Counted from the stretch's first letter, positions 36,683 to 46,940 are shown. The stretch is 64,000 nt of DNA from Gemmatimonadota bacterium (GCA_041497135.1 JBGQFX010000007.1:15119-79118), one strand, 5' to 3'. Numbers and translations are program-made. The notes: generated from the sequence alone by a model not told the origin.

Positions 36683-37136
36683 AGATGGTCGTCTTGCCGT
36701 CCCGGTCCCACGCAATCACGTCGTACGGCTGTGCCCCCGGTCCTTCCATGCCTGGCGAGCCGGTCACCATTCCGGGGACGGCGATCCCGGCCAATGCCGG
36801 GTGCTCCGCGAGCAGTTTCTTGATGAGGTCGGCGGGCACATGTCCCTCGATTACGTAGTTGCCGACCCGCGCCGTGTGGCAGGAGCTGAGCCGGAACGGC
36901 ACGCCCATGGTGGTCGCCACACTCGCGAGATCCTCCGTGTTGAACGCCGTCACCGTGAAGCCGGCGGAGCGGAGATGCTCGATCCACTTGCCGCAGCAGC
37001 CACAGCTGGCGCTCTTGTACACCGTGACGGTTGGCGCCGCGGGTGCCGGCGCGTGCAACAGCGCGGTCGTGCCGAGCGCCACGGTCGCCACGCCGGCGAC
37101 GGCCGCCAGCCGGAGCACTATCGAAGACCGAGTCAT
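36669..37136 (-). CDS. DUF411 (CopG-like) periplasmic metal-binding protein
   Basis: Internal ATG at 37136, preceded by GAGGAGG. It has a signal peptide and the motifs SASCGCCGKW...SCHTARVGNYVIEGHVP...GMVTGSPGME, characteristic of DUF411. Confidence 0.8.
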   Translation of the reverse strand: MTRSSIVLRLAAVAGVATVALGTTALLHAPAPAAPTVTVYKSASCGCCGKWIEHLRSAGFTVTAFNTEDLASVATTMGVPFRLSSCHTARVGNYVIEGHVPADLIKKLLAEHPALAGIAVPGMVTGSPGMEGPGAQPYDVIAWDRDGKTTIYARR

Positions 37137-37242
37137 GGAACCCCTCCTCACCTTTCGGAGAACGCGATCACCGAACCGGCTATGACCGCCCCTCTAACCT
37201 AGCCGGACCGGGAGGCGCGGGAAACATTTGGATGAAGGCTGC

Positions 37243-37890
37243 CTAGGGCGCCGGAGTCCGCAGCGCCACTGCTGCGAAGCTGAACGTGACTCGATCCGCG
37301 ACCCTGACCAGGCCGCCAGGGCCCCCGTGATAGGGGCGGATGCCGAAGCTCGATTGGTCCACCGCGAAGGACCCCGCAGCCAGCAGGGTATCAGGTCCCG
37401 CCACGACGTGCACATCGACCGAGACCTCACGCGCGGTTCCCACCAGCACCAGGTCGCCGCGCACGCGAAAGCCGCCCGGGATCGGCTCTACGGAGCGGGA
37501 CACGAACCGGATTTCCGGGTGATGTGCTACGTCGAGCACGTCGCTACGCATCGCCTCCGTCACCTTCCGGATCTCCGCGGTATCAGGCGGCGTCAAGACT
37601 TGAAGGCTCTCGGCCGGAACGAGGATGTCGACCTGGGAGCGAGTGGGAGCGACGCGATCGTACACCACACGCCCCCTCACCCCGCGCGCCCGAATCACGT
37701 GGTTGTGTCCCACGAACGAGAAAAGGCCGCTCTTGGCGATCGCGACTTCGAAACGGCTGTCGGCAGAGAGGACGTAGGTCGTCGCATCCTGTGCCCGGAC
37801 GGGCGGCCCTGTCCCCGCCAGCAGGAACGCGGTCCAGCCCGCCCGGGCCACTACGCGGATCACGCGCGTCCTGTTCAGGACTTCGTCCAT
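37243..37890 (-). CDS. YceI-like (polyisoprenoid-binding) exported protein
   Basis: It has a signal peptide. Motifs: ...SRFEVAIAKSGLFSFVGHNHVI... and ...FAVDQSSFGIRPY..., which fit the YceI lipocalin-like family. Confidence 0.78.
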   Translation of the reverse strand: MDEVLNRTRVIRVVARAGWTAFLLAGTGPPVRAQDATTYVLSADSRFEVAIAKSGLFSFVGHNHVIRARGVRGRVVYDRVAPTRSQVDILVPAESLQVLTPPDTAEIRKVTEAMRSDVLDVAHHPEIRFVSRSVEPIPGGFRVRGDLVLVGTAREVSVDVHVVAGPDTLLAAGSFAVDQSSFGIRPYHGGPGGLVRVADRVTFSFAAVALRTPAP

Positions 37891-37925
37891 GGAGTCGATT
37901 CCTCACGCCGATGTTCGTGACGCGC

Positions 37926-38627
37926 TTACTCCAACCGGAGCCGGTATCCCACGCCGGCCTCCGTCTGCAGATAGCGGGGCCGAGTCGGGTCACGCTCGAG
38001 TTTGTGTCGCAGCTGGGTCATATAGACGCGCAGGTAGTGCGTGTGCTCCACGGCGTTCGGCCCCCAGACCTCCTTCAGGAGCAGGCGGTGGGTCATGACC
38101 TTCCCGGCGTGGCGGACCAAGGTCGTGAGGAGCTTGTACTCGGTGGGCGTGAGGTGGATCTCGGCATTATTCACGAACACCTGGCGGGCGGCGAGATCGA
38201 CCCGCAGCTCTCCCACGGAGAATACCGGTTCGTCCGGGGCGGCGGTGCGCGCTGCGTGGCGTATGGCGACTCGGAGACGAGCCAGGAGCTCGTCGGTGCC
38301 GAACGGCTTGGTGAGGTAGTCGTCCGCGCCGGCGTCGAGCGCCGCTACCTTGTCCTGCTCTTTCCCGCGCGCCGAAATCACGATGATCGGGGTCGCCGCC
38401 CACTCACGGATCCGCCGGGCCAGGTCGATGCCGTCCCCGTCCGGGAGACCGAGATCGAGGAGGATGACGTCGGGATTGCGCCCGGTGGCTTGCGCCAGGC
38501 CCTCCCGGGACGTCGTCGCCTCCACCAGCCGGTAGTCGTGGCTCTCCAGCGCGGCCCGCAGATAGCGGCGCATCTGTGGCTCGTCCTCGATCAGCAGGAC
38601 CAGCGGGGCAGGAGCCGTGTCACTCAT
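37926..38627 (-). CDS. kdpE: KDP operon response regulator KdpE (OmpR family)
   Basis: Internal ATG at 38627 of ORF 37926-38942. Receiver motifs: LVLLIEDEPQMRR...ILLDLGLPDGDG...DDYLTKPF. Winged-helix motifs: LTPTEYKLL...LRVYMTQLRHKLE...GVGYRL. It lies immediately downstream of kdpD. Confidence 0.9.
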   Translation of the reverse strand: MSDTAPAPLVLLIEDEPQMRRYLRAALESHDYRLVEATTSREGLAQATGRNPDVILLDLGLPDGDGIDLARRIREWAATPIIVISARGKEQDKVAALDAGADDYLTKPFGTDELLARLRVAIRHAARTAAPDEPVFSVGELRVDLAARQVFVNNAEIHLTPTEYKLLTTLVRHAGKVMTHRLLLKEVWGPNAVEHTHYLRVYMTQLRHKLERDPTRPRYLQTEAGVGYRLRLE

Positions 38628-38704
38628 CGAGCGCTCCCGCGACGGGAAGGAGGCATGGTTGCAGGGCGAGGATCCCAATCTACTCACCCGATCAGGGCTC
38701 CGGG

Positions 38705-39499
38705 CTAGCGGCCGGTCGCGGCTCCGGCCCGCTCCGTCGCGGCGGCCTGTGCGTGCTCGAGCGCCTGCGCGGCCTGACCGGCGAACGTGTCGAGCACTTG
38801 CCTGACAGTCGATGCTCGAAACAGGGCGGGGTGGTCGGGACGCACGCCCATCACCCCGACTCTCCCCGCCGCCCCAACCAGGGGCACGTACAGGGCCTGC
38901 GCTTCTGGGAAGTGCTCGGTGCCGACGCCGGCCGCTTGCCAATGCTCGAACGTCCAGCGCGCCACCCCGAGCTCCTTGTCGTCCATCTCGTAGGCCGGGG
39001 TGGCCCCAGCCGAGATCGGGGTGACACCGTCGGGACCACGGAGCAGGACCTGCACCTGAGCGGAGAACGCGTCACGGACGTGACGGGTGATCACGCCGAT
39101 CAGTGCGTCGAGTCCCATCGTGGGATCCAGCTCGCGACTCATCGTATACAGCGCCGCGGTGCGTCGTTCGCGCTCGCGGGCCGCGTCGGCGAATCCGCGA
39201 AGACGGTGGGCGACCGAGCTGATGGCGAGCGCGCTGCCGAGCATGACGGCGAACGTGAGCACGTAATGCAGGTCGGCTACCGCGAACGTGAAGCGCGGCG
39301 GGACGAAGAAGAAGTCGAACAGGGCGATCGCGAGAAAGGCCGCGAACATCGAAGGTCCGCGACCGACCCGCGTGGCGGCGAGCCCCGCCGCGACCAGATA
39401 GAGCATCGCGATATCGGTGATCGAGAGGAGCGGGAGAATGAGCGTCCCGACGATGGTGCACGCGGCCAGGAGCGCGCCGACGCCGGCATACTGTTTCAT
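38705..39499 (-). CDS. KdpD-like membrane (DUF4118-type) plus GAF module, without the kinase core and without the N-terminal KdpD/Usp domains
   Basis: 264 aa. Its ATG overlaps the kdpD TGA (ATGA at 39496-39499). It aligns by eye to KdpD residues ~400-655, for example GRGPSMFAAFLAIALFDFFFVPPRFTFAVAD vs GRGPSIFTAFLSIAVFDFFFVPPRFTFAFTD, and GVMGVRPDHP vs GVMGLRPGDP. It ends before any H-box. Confidence 0.8.
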   Translation of the reverse strand: MKQYAGVGALLAACTIVGTLILPLLSITDIAMLYLVAAGLAATRVGRGPSMFAAFLAIALFDFFFVPPRFTFAVADLHYVLTFAVMLGSALAISSVAHRLRGFADAARERERRTAALYTMSRELDPTMGLDALIGVITRHVRDAFSAQVQVLLRGPDGVTPISAGATPAYEMDDKELGVARWTFEHWQAAGVGTEHFPEAQALYVPLVGAAGRVGVMGVRPDHPALFRASTVRQVLDTFAGQAAQALEHAQAAATERAGAATGR

Positions 39500-42195
39500 T
39501 GATCCTCCTTGGCCTCCGCCAGTATCGCCACGGGCGGCGCACCGGTGAGTGGGAGCGTGAATCGGAACACCGCGCCGCCGCCGGCGCGGTTCTCGGCCCA
39601 GATCCGCCCGCCGTGCGCGGTGATGATGCCCCGACAGATCGTCAATCCCAGCCCGATTCCGCCCTGAGTCGGCGCTGCCTGCGCCCGGTAGAACTTGTCG
39701 AAAATGCGGACTTCCTCACCGGGTGGCAGGCCGGGGCCCCGGTCCGCGATCATGACCTGGACTACGTCCCTCGTCGCGGTGGCGGAGATCTCGAGCGGTG
39801 TCCGTTCGGGTGTGTACTTCACGGCGTTTTCCAGGAGGTTCACGAACACCTGCTCGATCAACACGCCGTCCAGGGGCACGAGGGGGAGGTCGGGGGGAAG
39901 GCTGACCGACACGGGGTGATCGCGCAGCCGATCCTGCAGGCGGATCAAGGCGACCCCGACGACCTCCTCCAGCGGCTGCCACTCCTTCTGGACTTCCAAC
40001 GCCCCGCTTTCGACCCGGATCATGTCCAGCAGGTTTCCGATCAGCCGGTTCATCCGCTGTGCTTCTTCGAGAATCGTCTTGAGCAGATCGCGTCGCCCGG
40101 CCTCCGACAAGGCGCTGCGCTCCTCGAGCAGGCTGCTGGCGGCCCCGGTGATGGCGCCGAGTGGCGTGCGCAGGTCGTGCGACAAGGATGACAGGAGCGC
40201 GGTCCGCAATCGCTCCGCTTCGATCTCGAGCTGCTCGTGCTGCGTGCGCTCGGCCAGCAAAGCCCGTTCCAGCGCGAGCGCCGCCTGACCGGCGAACGTT
40301 TCCGCCAATTGCAGCACGGTCGGATCCTCGAACCGTTTCGGATCTCCGGGCCGCAGTCCCATGACGCCGATGATCCCCTCGGAAGCGACGAGCGGTTGAT
40401 AGAACGCCTGCGACGCGGGCAGGGTATCGGTGCCGACCCCAGCGACGCGTCCGCGCGCGAACACCCACTGCGCGACGCTCTGCTCCTTCTCGTCGATCGG
40501 GTAGGCGGGGGGCACGCCCACGGGAACCTGCAGGCGACCCGTGGAGTCGGGAAACAGCAGCAGCGCGCGGGCATCGAACACGTCCTGCAAGTGCCGCGAC
40601 GCGACGCGCGCCAGCTCGCTGAAGCCTCGCGCGGCCGCCAGCTCTCGGCTCATCGCGTACAGCGCTCCGGTGTGGCGCTCCCGCGCGCGGGCCGTTTCCG
40701 CTTGCTCCCGGATCCGGAGGGTGAGTGCGCTGATCACGAGGGCGATCGCGAGCATCACGACGAAGGTCAGGCCGTAGCGAAAGTCGGTGAATGCGAACGT
40801 GAAGCGCGGCGGCACGAAGAAGAAATCGAATACGGCGATGCTGAGAAAGGCAGTGAAGATCGACGGCCCGCGCCCGAAGCGCGACGCCACGACCCCGGCG
40901 CCGAGCAAGTAGACCATCGCGACATCGGTGACGGAGAGATACTGGAAGACGGCCGCGCCCAGCCCCGAGCACAGCGCCACGATCAGCGTCGCCCAGGCGT
41001 AGTCCCGCCACCCGGCTTTCCGCTCTACCACGCGCCGGCGCGGCGGTCGGCCCTCCTCGGCGTCCCCCGTGATGACGTAGACGTCGATGTCCCCCGAGCC
41101 GCGCACCAGGTGGTCGAGGAGAGACCCGAAGATCTTGTCCCGCCAGCGTCCGTGCGTCGGCTTGCCGACGATGATCTTGGTGACATTGTGGGCGCGGGCG
41201 TAGGCGAGGACTTCGTCTGCCACGCTGTGACCGCTCAGCGTGCTCGCCTGGGCGCCGAGCTCCTGCGCCAGCTGCAGGTTCTGCACGAGGGCTTCCCGGT
41301 CGGCGACCGAAATCGCCTGCCCCGGCGTCTCCACGCACACCAGCACCCATTCGCATTTCAGGCTGGTCGCCATGCGCTTGCCGGCCCGCACGAGGCGCGC
41401 TCCCGCCGGGTTGGGACCGATGCAGACCAGCAGGCGCTCCCCGGCGGGCCACGTTTCGTGGATACCCTGCTCCTGCATGTAGCCGCGCATCTGGGCGTCG
41501 ACGCGCTCGGCGGTGCGGCGCAGGGCCAGCTCGCGCAGCGCGATCAGGTTGCCCTTGCGGAAGAACTGATCGATGGCCCGGGCCGCCTGCTCGGGCACGT
41601 ACACCTTGCCTTCCTGGAGCCGTTTCAGGAGGTCGTCGGCGGAGAGATCCGCCAGCTCCAGCTCGTCGGCTCGGTCGAGGATCGAATCGGGGACCGTCTC
41701 GCGGACCTGGATCCCGGTGATCTGGGCGACGACGTCGTTGAGGCTTTCCAGGTGCTGCACGTTCAGGGTCGTATAGACGCTGATCCCGGCCGCAAGCATC
41801 TCCTCCACGTCCTGAAACCGCCGCGTGTGACGCGACCCGGACGCGTTGGTGTGCGCGAGCTCGTCGACGAGGATGAGGGTGGGGCGGCGGGCCAGCGCCG
41901 CGTCGAGGTCGAACTCCTCGAGCGTGACGCCGCGATACTCGATCTTCCTGCGTGGCAGCACCTCGAGCCCGGCGAGCAACGCGGTCGTCTCGGCGCGCCC
42001 GTGGGTCTCGACCACTCCGACCAGCGTGCCCACACCTTCGCGCTGCTTGGCGCGCGCCTCCTCGAGCATCGCGTAGGTCTTGCCCACACCGGGCGAGGCC
42101 CCGAAGAAGATCTTGAGCCGTCCCCGGGCCGCCCGCCGCTCCTCCTCGCGGACGCGAGCGAGCAGCTCCTCGGGATCAGGTCGGCGAGCGGTCAT
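39496..42195 (-). CDS. kdpD: Sensor histidine kinase KdpD
   Basis: 899 aa. Motifs: N-terminal KdpD P-loop domain (GASPGVGKTYAML), Usp-like region, four TM helices, a GAF-like linker, the H-box LSSLSHDLRTPL, and HATPase motifs (NLLENAVKY, DRGPGL, GIGLGLTI). Confidence 0.95.
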   Translation of the reverse strand: MTARRPDPEELLARVREEERRAARGRLKIFFGASPGVGKTYAMLEEARAKQREGVGTLVGVVETHGRAETTALLAGLEVLPRRKIEYRGVTLEEFDLDAALARRPTLILVDELAHTNASGSRHTRRFQDVEEMLAAGISVYTTLNVQHLESLNDVVAQITGIQVRETVPDSILDRADELELADLSADDLLKRLQEGKVYVPEQAARAIDQFFRKGNLIALRELALRRTAERVDAQMRGYMQEQGIHETWPAGERLLVCIGPNPAGARLVRAGKRMATSLKCEWVLVCVETPGQAISVADREALVQNLQLAQELGAQASTLSGHSVADEVLAYARAHNVTKIIVGKPTHGRWRDKIFGSLLDHLVRGSGDIDVYVITGDAEEGRPPRRRVVERKAGWRDYAWATLIVALCSGLGAAVFQYLSVTDVAMVYLLGAGVVASRFGRGPSIFTAFLSIAVFDFFFVPPRFTFAFTDFRYGLTFVVMLAIALVISALTLRIREQAETARARERHTGALYAMSRELAAARGFSELARVASRHLQDVFDARALLLFPDSTGRLQVPVGVPPAYPIDEKEQSVAQWVFARGRVAGVGTDTLPASQAFYQPLVASEGIIGVMGLRPGDPKRFEDPTVLQLAETFAGQAALALERALLAERTQHEQLEIEAERLRTALLSSLSHDLRTPLGAITGAASSLLEERSALSEAGRRDLLKTILEEAQRMNRLIGNLLDMIRVESGALEVQKEWQPLEEVVGVALIRLQDRLRDHPVSVSLPPDLPLVPLDGVLIEQVFVNLLENAVKYTPERTPLEISATATRDVVQVMIADRGPGLPPGEEVRIFDKFYRAQAAPTQGGIGLGLTICRGIITAHGGRIWAENRAGGGAVFRFTLPLTGAPPVAILAEAKEDQ

Positions 42196-42211
42196 CGCCC
42201 GAACCTAGCCC

Positions 42212-42814
42212 TCACGGGGCCGTGGTGCCCGTTCGCAGCGGCAGCGTACGGTCCAGCTCGAGGTTGAGCAACAGGACGTTCACCCGCGGGTCGCCAAAGA
42301 ACCCGAACTGGCGCCCCTCCATGTGGCGCTCGACCAACGCGCGCACGGCGGCTGAATCGACCCCCCGCGCGCGGGCCACCCGGGTGACCTGGAGCAATGC
42401 GCTCGCGGGCGAGATGTGGGGGTCGAGGCCCGACCCTGAAGCGGTCACGAGATCGGACGGTATCCGCCCCTTCACGGCGTTGTCGAGTTTCACTGCGCTG
42501 TCCACCGCTTGCGCGATGAGCGTGTCCGCCAGCTGGAGATCGGTGGGACCCTTGTTTCGTCCGGCGGAGAGAGTGTCGTCGTAGCCTGCCCCAGCAGCCG
42601 AGGGGCGTGAGTGGAAGTACTCGGCGCGGGCGAACCGCTGCCCGATCTTTTCGCTCCCCACGACCGTACCGTTCGCGGTGATGAGCGACCCATTGGCCTG
42701 GCGGGGAAACAGAACCTGCGCCAGCCCGGTGACGAGTCCGGGGTAGAGGAGTCCCGTGATCACCATGAGGACGATGGTCACGACAATCGCCGGGCGGAGT
42801 TGGTTCTTGAGCAT
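42212..42814 (-). CDS. kdpC: Potassium-transporting ATPase subunit KdpC
   Basis: Internal ATG at 42814 of ORF 42212-42946. Motifs: MLKNQLRPAIVVTIVLMVITGLLYPG... and ...ASGSGLDPHISPASA..., typical of KdpC. Confidence 0.9.
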   Translation of the reverse strand: MLKNQLRPAIVVTIVLMVITGLLYPGLVTGLAQVLFPRQANGSLITANGTVVGSEKIGQRFARAEYFHSRPSAAGAGYDDTLSAGRNKGPTDLQLADTLIAQAVDSAVKLDNAVKGRIPSDLVTASGSGLDPHISPASALLQVTRVARARGVDSAAVRALVERHMEGRQFGFFGDPRVNVLLLNLELDRTLPLRTGTTAP

Positions 42815-42816
42815 GG

Positions 42817-44874
42817 TCACACCAGCCGCGCGAGAACGAGCAGCAGGTCGATGAGCTTGATGCCTGCGAAGGGCACGATGATGCCGCCGACGCCGTAGAT
42901 CCACAGGTTCCGGCGCAGAATGGCCGTTGCCGGCGCCGGACGCCACCGCACGCCGCGCAACGCCAGCGGGATGAGCGCGATGATGATCAGGGCGTTGAAG
43001 ATGACGCTCGCCAGGATCGCCGATTGCGCCGAGTGCAGCCGCATGATGTTGAGCGCCTGCAGCGCGGGATAGGTCGCCACGAACATCGCCGGAATGATGG
43101 CGAAGTACTTGGCGACGTCGTTCGCGATCGAGAACGTGGTGAGCGCCCCGCGCGTGATCAAGAGCTGCTTGCCGATCTCCACCACCTCGATGAGCTTCGT
43201 CGGATTCGAGTCGAGGTCGATGAGGTTCCCGGCCTCTTTGGCGGCCTGCGTTCCGGTGTTCATCGCCACCGCGACATCAGCCTGGGCCAGAGCCGGGGCG
43301 TCGTTCGTCCCGTCGCCGGTCATCGCCACGAGCCGTCCGCCGCCCTGCTCACGCTTGATCAGCGACATCTTGTCTTCGGGGGTCGCTTCGGCCAGGAAGT
43401 CGTCGACCCCGGCTTCCGCCGCAATCGCCGCCGCGGTGAGCTGATTGTCGCCGGTGATCATCACGGTGCGGATGCCCATGGCGCGGAGCTGGTCGAAGCG
43501 CTCCTTCATGCCGCCCTTCACGACGTCCTTCAAGTAGATCACGCCGAGCACCCGGGGCCGGCCGTCTTCGCGCTCCGCGACGACCAGGGGCGTTCCTCCC
43601 TCGCGGGCGATGCGCTCGACGGTGCTCGTGACCTCGGCCGGAGTCTCTCCGCCCTGGTCGCGTACCCAGCGTCCCACGGCGTCGGCGGCTCCTTTGCGCA
43701 CCTGCAGGCCGCCGGCGTTGATCCCGCTCATCCGCGTCATCGCCGAGAACGCGACCAGCTCCATCGCGATCCCTTCGGTGAGGGTGCGGGCGCGCAGGCC
43801 GAACTGCTTGGCCAGCACGACGATGCTCCGTCCTTCGGGCGTTTCGTCCGGGAGGGAGGCAAGCTGGGCCCGGTCGGCCAGGAATTCCCGGGTGACGCCG
43901 GGCGCGGGGACGAACTCCACCGCCTGGCGGTTGCCGAGGGTCACGGTGCCGGTCTTGTCGAGCAGCAGCGTGTTGACGTCGCCGGCCGCTTCCACCGCCC
44001 GGCCGCTCATGGCGATCACGTTGTGCTGGATCATGCGATCCATCCCCGCGATACCAATCGCCGACAGCAGCCCGCCGATGGTGGTGGGGATGAGACAGAC
44101 GAGGAGCGAAACGAGGATCGGGATCGACACCGAGCCGCCCGAGTAGATCGCGAACGGTTGCAGGGTCACGACCGCGAACAGGAAGATGATGGTCAATCCC
44201 GAGAGCAGAATGATCAGGGCGATCTCGTTCGGAGTCTTCTGTCGCCTGGCGCCTTCCACCAGGCTGATCATGCGATCGAGGAACGTCTCGCCGGGATTGG
44301 CGGTGATGCGGATGACCAGGAAGTCGGAGAGCACCTTGGTGCCGCCCGTGACCGCCGAGCGGTCCCCGCCCGACTCGCGGATCACCGGGGCCGACTCGCC
44401 CGTGATCGCCGATTCGTCCACCGATGCGACGCCGTCGATCACTTCACCGTCGCCTGGGATCATGTCACCCGGGGTGCACACCACGACGTCGCCCTTGCGC
44501 AACCGCTCGGCCGGCACGGATTCGAACGCGGCGCGATCCCGCGGATTCGCGAGTCGCTTCGCCGACGTCTGAATGCGGGACTTCCGCAGCGTGTCGGCCT
44601 GGGCCTTGCCGCGCCCCTCCGCCATCGCCTCCGCGAAGTTCGCGAATAACACCGTGAACCAGAGCCACAGCGTGATCTGGAGCGTGAAGCCGATCCCGCT
44701 CTGCCCAGCGGCGATGTCGCGCGCCAGCACGAGCGTGGTCAGCAGACTCCCGATCAGCACCACGAACATCACCGGGTTCCGCACCATGTGCCGGGGATCG
44801 AGCTTGGCGAACGAATCCCACACCGCCCGGCGGACGATGGACGGATCGAAGAGCGGTCGCTTGAGCGTCGACAT
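42817..44874 (-). CDS. kdpB: Potassium-transporting P-type ATPase subunit KdpB
   Basis: P-type ATPase motifs: [32 protein letters not shown]. The N-terminus is KdpB-type ([15 protein letters not shown]). Confidence 0.97.
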   Translation of the reverse strand: MSTLKRPLFDPSIVRRAVWDSFAKLDPRHMVRNPVMFVVLIGSLLTTLVLARDIAAGQSGIGFTLQITLWLWFTVLFANFAEAMAEGRGKAQADTLRKSRIQTSAKRLANPRDRAAFESVPAERLRKGDVVVCTPGDMIPGDGEVIDGVASVDESAITGESAPVIRESGGDRSAVTGGTKVLSDFLVIRITANPGETFLDRMISLVEGARRQKTPNEIALIILLSGLTIIFLFAVVTLQPFAIYSGGSVSIPILVSLLVCLIPTTIGGLLSAIGIAGMDRMIQHNVIAMSGRAVEAAGDVNTLLLDKTGTVTLGNRQAVEFVPAPGVTREFLADRAQLASLPDETPEGRSIVVLAKQFGLRARTLTEGIAMELVAFSAMTRMSGINAGGLQVRKGAADAVGRWVRDQGGETPAEVTSTVERIAREGGTPLVVAEREDGRPRVLGVIYLKDVVKGGMKERFDQLRAMGIRTVMITGDNQLTAAAIAAEAGVDDFLAEATPEDKMSLIKREQGGGRLVAMTGDGTNDAPALAQADVAVAMNTGTQAAKEAGNLIDLDSNPTKLIEVVEIGKQLLITRGALTTFSIANDVAKYFAIIPAMFVATYPALQALNIMRLHSAQSAILASVIFNALIIIALIPLALRGVRWRPAPATAILRRNLWIYGVGGIIVPFAGIKLIDLLLVLARLV

Positions 44875-44879
44875 GGGTC

Positions 44880-46595
44880 TTAGAAGAGCTTGCCGGCGCC
44901 CATCAACAAGTGCTCGACCACGGGGCCGAGCGCCAGGGCCGGGAAGAAGGTGAGGGCGCCGACGATCACGATGACACCGAGGAGGAGAACGACGAAGAGC
45001 GGGGTCGTGACGGGGAACGTCCCCGCGGATTCAGGCGCGATCTTGCGCTCGGAGAGGAAGCCGGCAAGCGCCAGCATCGGGACCATCATCGCGAAACGGC
45101 CAAACAGCGTTGCCAGGCCGAGCAGGGTGTTGTAGTAGGCGGTGCTCCCGGTCAGGCCGGCGAAGGCGCTGCCGTTATTCCCGGCGGTCGACGAGAAGGC
45201 GTAGAGGATTTCCGACAGGCCATGGGGTCCTGCGTTGTTGCGCCCCGCGAGGCCGTGGGGCGACACCGCCGAGAGGGCAGTGAAGGTGAGAATGACGGCC
45301 GGGAAAATCAGTACGTAGAGCATCGCCATGCGCACTTCGCGGCTCTGGATCTTCTTGCCGAGATACTCGGGGGTGCGCCCCACCATGAGGCCGGCGATGA
45401 ACACGGTGAGCACGGCCATCACGATCATCCCGTATAACCCCGATCCCACCCCTCCGAAGATCAGCTCGCCCAGCTGGATATTGACGAGCGGGACCAGGCC
45501 GCCGATCGACGTGAAGGAATCGTGCATGCTGTTGACGGCGCCGCAGGAGGCGTCGGTGGTGACGGTCGCATAGAGCGCCGAATTGGCGATGCCGAACCGG
45601 ACCTCCTTGCCCTCCATGTTCCCGCCGGGGTTCCCGGCCGATGCGACCACGTCGACGCCGCGCGCGGCGTGAATCGGGTTACCGCGGGCTTCGGCCCAAT
45701 AGGCCGTCGTGACCCCGCCGGCAAACAGGACGAACATGGCAGCCCACAACGCCCACCCATGCTTCTGGTTCTTGACCATGCGGCCGTAGAAGTAGGTGAG
45801 TCCGGCCGGGATGACGAAAATGGCGAACACGGACAGGAAGTTCGTCCACGGTGTCGGGCTCTCGAACGGATGAGCAGCGTTGGCGTTGAAGAATCCACCG
45901 CCGTTCGTCCCCAGCTGCTTGATCGCCGATTGGCTGGCGACCGGTCCCATGGCGAGGACCTGCTTCACGCCCTCGACCGTCGTGACCGTCACGTAATGGG
46001 CGAAGTTCTGGATCGTTCCCTGTTGCACGAACAGGAGCGCCAAGGGGATCGAGAAGGGAAGAAAGAGATACAGCGTGCCACGAACCAGATCGACCCAGAA
46101 GTTGCCGATCTTCCCACCCGAGCGACGCGCGATCCCGCGGGCCAGTGCGACGGCGGCGGCCACACCACACGCCGCCGAGGTGAAATTATGGAAGGCCAGC
46201 TGCATCATCTGCGAGAGATAGGACATCGTCGTCTCGCCGGCGTACGACTGCCAATCAGTGTTCGTCGTGAACGATGCGGCAGTCTCGAACGCCTGCCGGT
46301 CGGGCACCCCAACGCGGGTAAAGGGGTTCAACGGTAGCGAGCCCTGGAGCCGGAGCGCCACGTAGGTCACGAGCATGGAGACGGCGCTGAAGAGCAGCAG
46401 CCCCGCCGCGTAGCGCGTCCAATGCTGATCCTCTTCGGGATCGACGCCGCACAGCCGATAAATCACGCGCTCGAGCGGCGCTAGCCAGCGTAGCGAGCCG
46501 TCGTAGACGCGAACGATGTACACGCCCACGGGCTTGGTGATGGCGAGTACCACACCCGCGAAGAACAGAATCTGGAGCCAGCCGTTCGCGGTCAT
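44880..46595 (-). CDS. kdpA: Potassium-transporting ATPase subunit KdpA
   Basis: 571 aa and polytopic, with the typical KdpA start [12 protein letters not shown]... and selectivity-filter-like TNTDWQSY / GTNGGGF segments. Confidence 0.97.
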   Translation of the reverse strand: MTANGWLQILFFAGVVLAITKPVGVYIVRVYDGSLRWLAPLERVIYRLCGVDPEEDQHWTRYAAGLLLFSAVSMLVTYVALRLQGSLPLNPFTRVGVPDRQAFETAASFTTNTDWQSYAGETTMSYLSQMMQLAFHNFTSAACGVAAAVALARGIARRSGGKIGNFWVDLVRGTLYLFLPFSIPLALLFVQQGTIQNFAHYVTVTTVEGVKQVLAMGPVASQSAIKQLGTNGGGFFNANAAHPFESPTPWTNFLSVFAIFVIPAGLTYFYGRMVKNQKHGWALWAAMFVLFAGGVTTAYWAEARGNPIHAARGVDVVASAGNPGGNMEGKEVRFGIANSALYATVTTDASCGAVNSMHDSFTSIGGLVPLVNIQLGELIFGGVGSGLYGMIVMAVLTVFIAGLMVGRTPEYLGKKIQSREVRMAMLYVLIFPAVILTFTALSAVSPHGLAGRNNAGPHGLSEILYAFSSTAGNNGSAFAGLTGSTAYYNTLLGLATLFGRFAMMVPMLALAGFLSERKIAPESAGTFPVTTPLFVVLLLGVIVIVGALTFFPALALGPVVEHLLMGAGKLF

Positions 46596-46605
46596 ACCCC
46601 GGGCC

Positions 46606-46695
46606 TCAGAACTTCTCGGGGCGCAGCAACGTGTACACGAGGTACACGAGGATCAGGAGCGACACTGCCGCCGCGATAATGGTCTCGGCACTCAT
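46606..46695 (-). CDS. kdpF: Potassium-transporting ATPase subunit KdpF (29 aa)
   Basis: Not in the supplied track. It reads MSAETIIAAAVSLLILVYLVYTLLRPEKF, with TGA at 46606-46608, 10 nt upstream of the kdpA ATG. The C-terminal ...Y(L/T)LLRPE(K/R)F is the KdpF hallmark. Confidence 0.82.
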   Translation of the reverse strand: MSAETIIAAAVSLLILVYLVYTLLRPEKF

Positions 46696-46808
46696 GGCCG
46701 CTCCTCTTCGCCGGTCGGCTCACGTCCCAACCGTTCACAGCCGCGGACGTAGGCGATCATCAAGGCGAAGAACGCCACCGTCAGGGCGATGTAGGCGAGG
46801 TCGCGCAT
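46692..46808 (-). CDS. Candidate 38-aa single-TM micro-protein, translationally coupled to kdpF
   Basis: It reads MRDLAYIALTVAFFALMIAYVRGCERLGREPTGEEERP. Its TGA overlaps the kdpF ATG (ATGA at 46692-46695). 32 of 38 codons end in G/C, including the first 23. Confidence 0.4.
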   Translation of the reverse strand: MRDLAYIALTVAFFALMIAYVRGCERLGREPTGEEERP

Positions 46809-46896
46809 AGCGACGCAAGATGGGGTGGGTGGCGTAAAGGCGGGATAAGGAACTGAGAAGAGAGGATTAGGAAAGCGTTAAGGGAGGTCGATTCAA

Positions 46897-46940
46897 GGGC
46901 TGAAGCCCCGGCTCGGCCCGATTGGCGTCCTGAAGGACGC
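46897..46940 (-). terminator. Two tandem GC-rich hairpins with identical UUCA loops downstream of the HMT/MTHFR gene (candidate terminator or processing site)
   Basis: Minus-strand RNA would fold as GCGUCC-UUCA-GGACGC (46925-46940) and GGGC-UUCA-GCCC (46897-46908), starting 14 nt after the stop at 46954. There is no clear U-tract. Confidence 0.3.

Noticed and set aside
38705-39499. The possibility that the KdpD-like ORF is an assembly duplication artefact of kdpD.
   Set aside because: The two sequences are only about half identical at the protein level, and they differ throughout at the DNA level. The ORF also has its own start precisely overlapping the kdpD stop.
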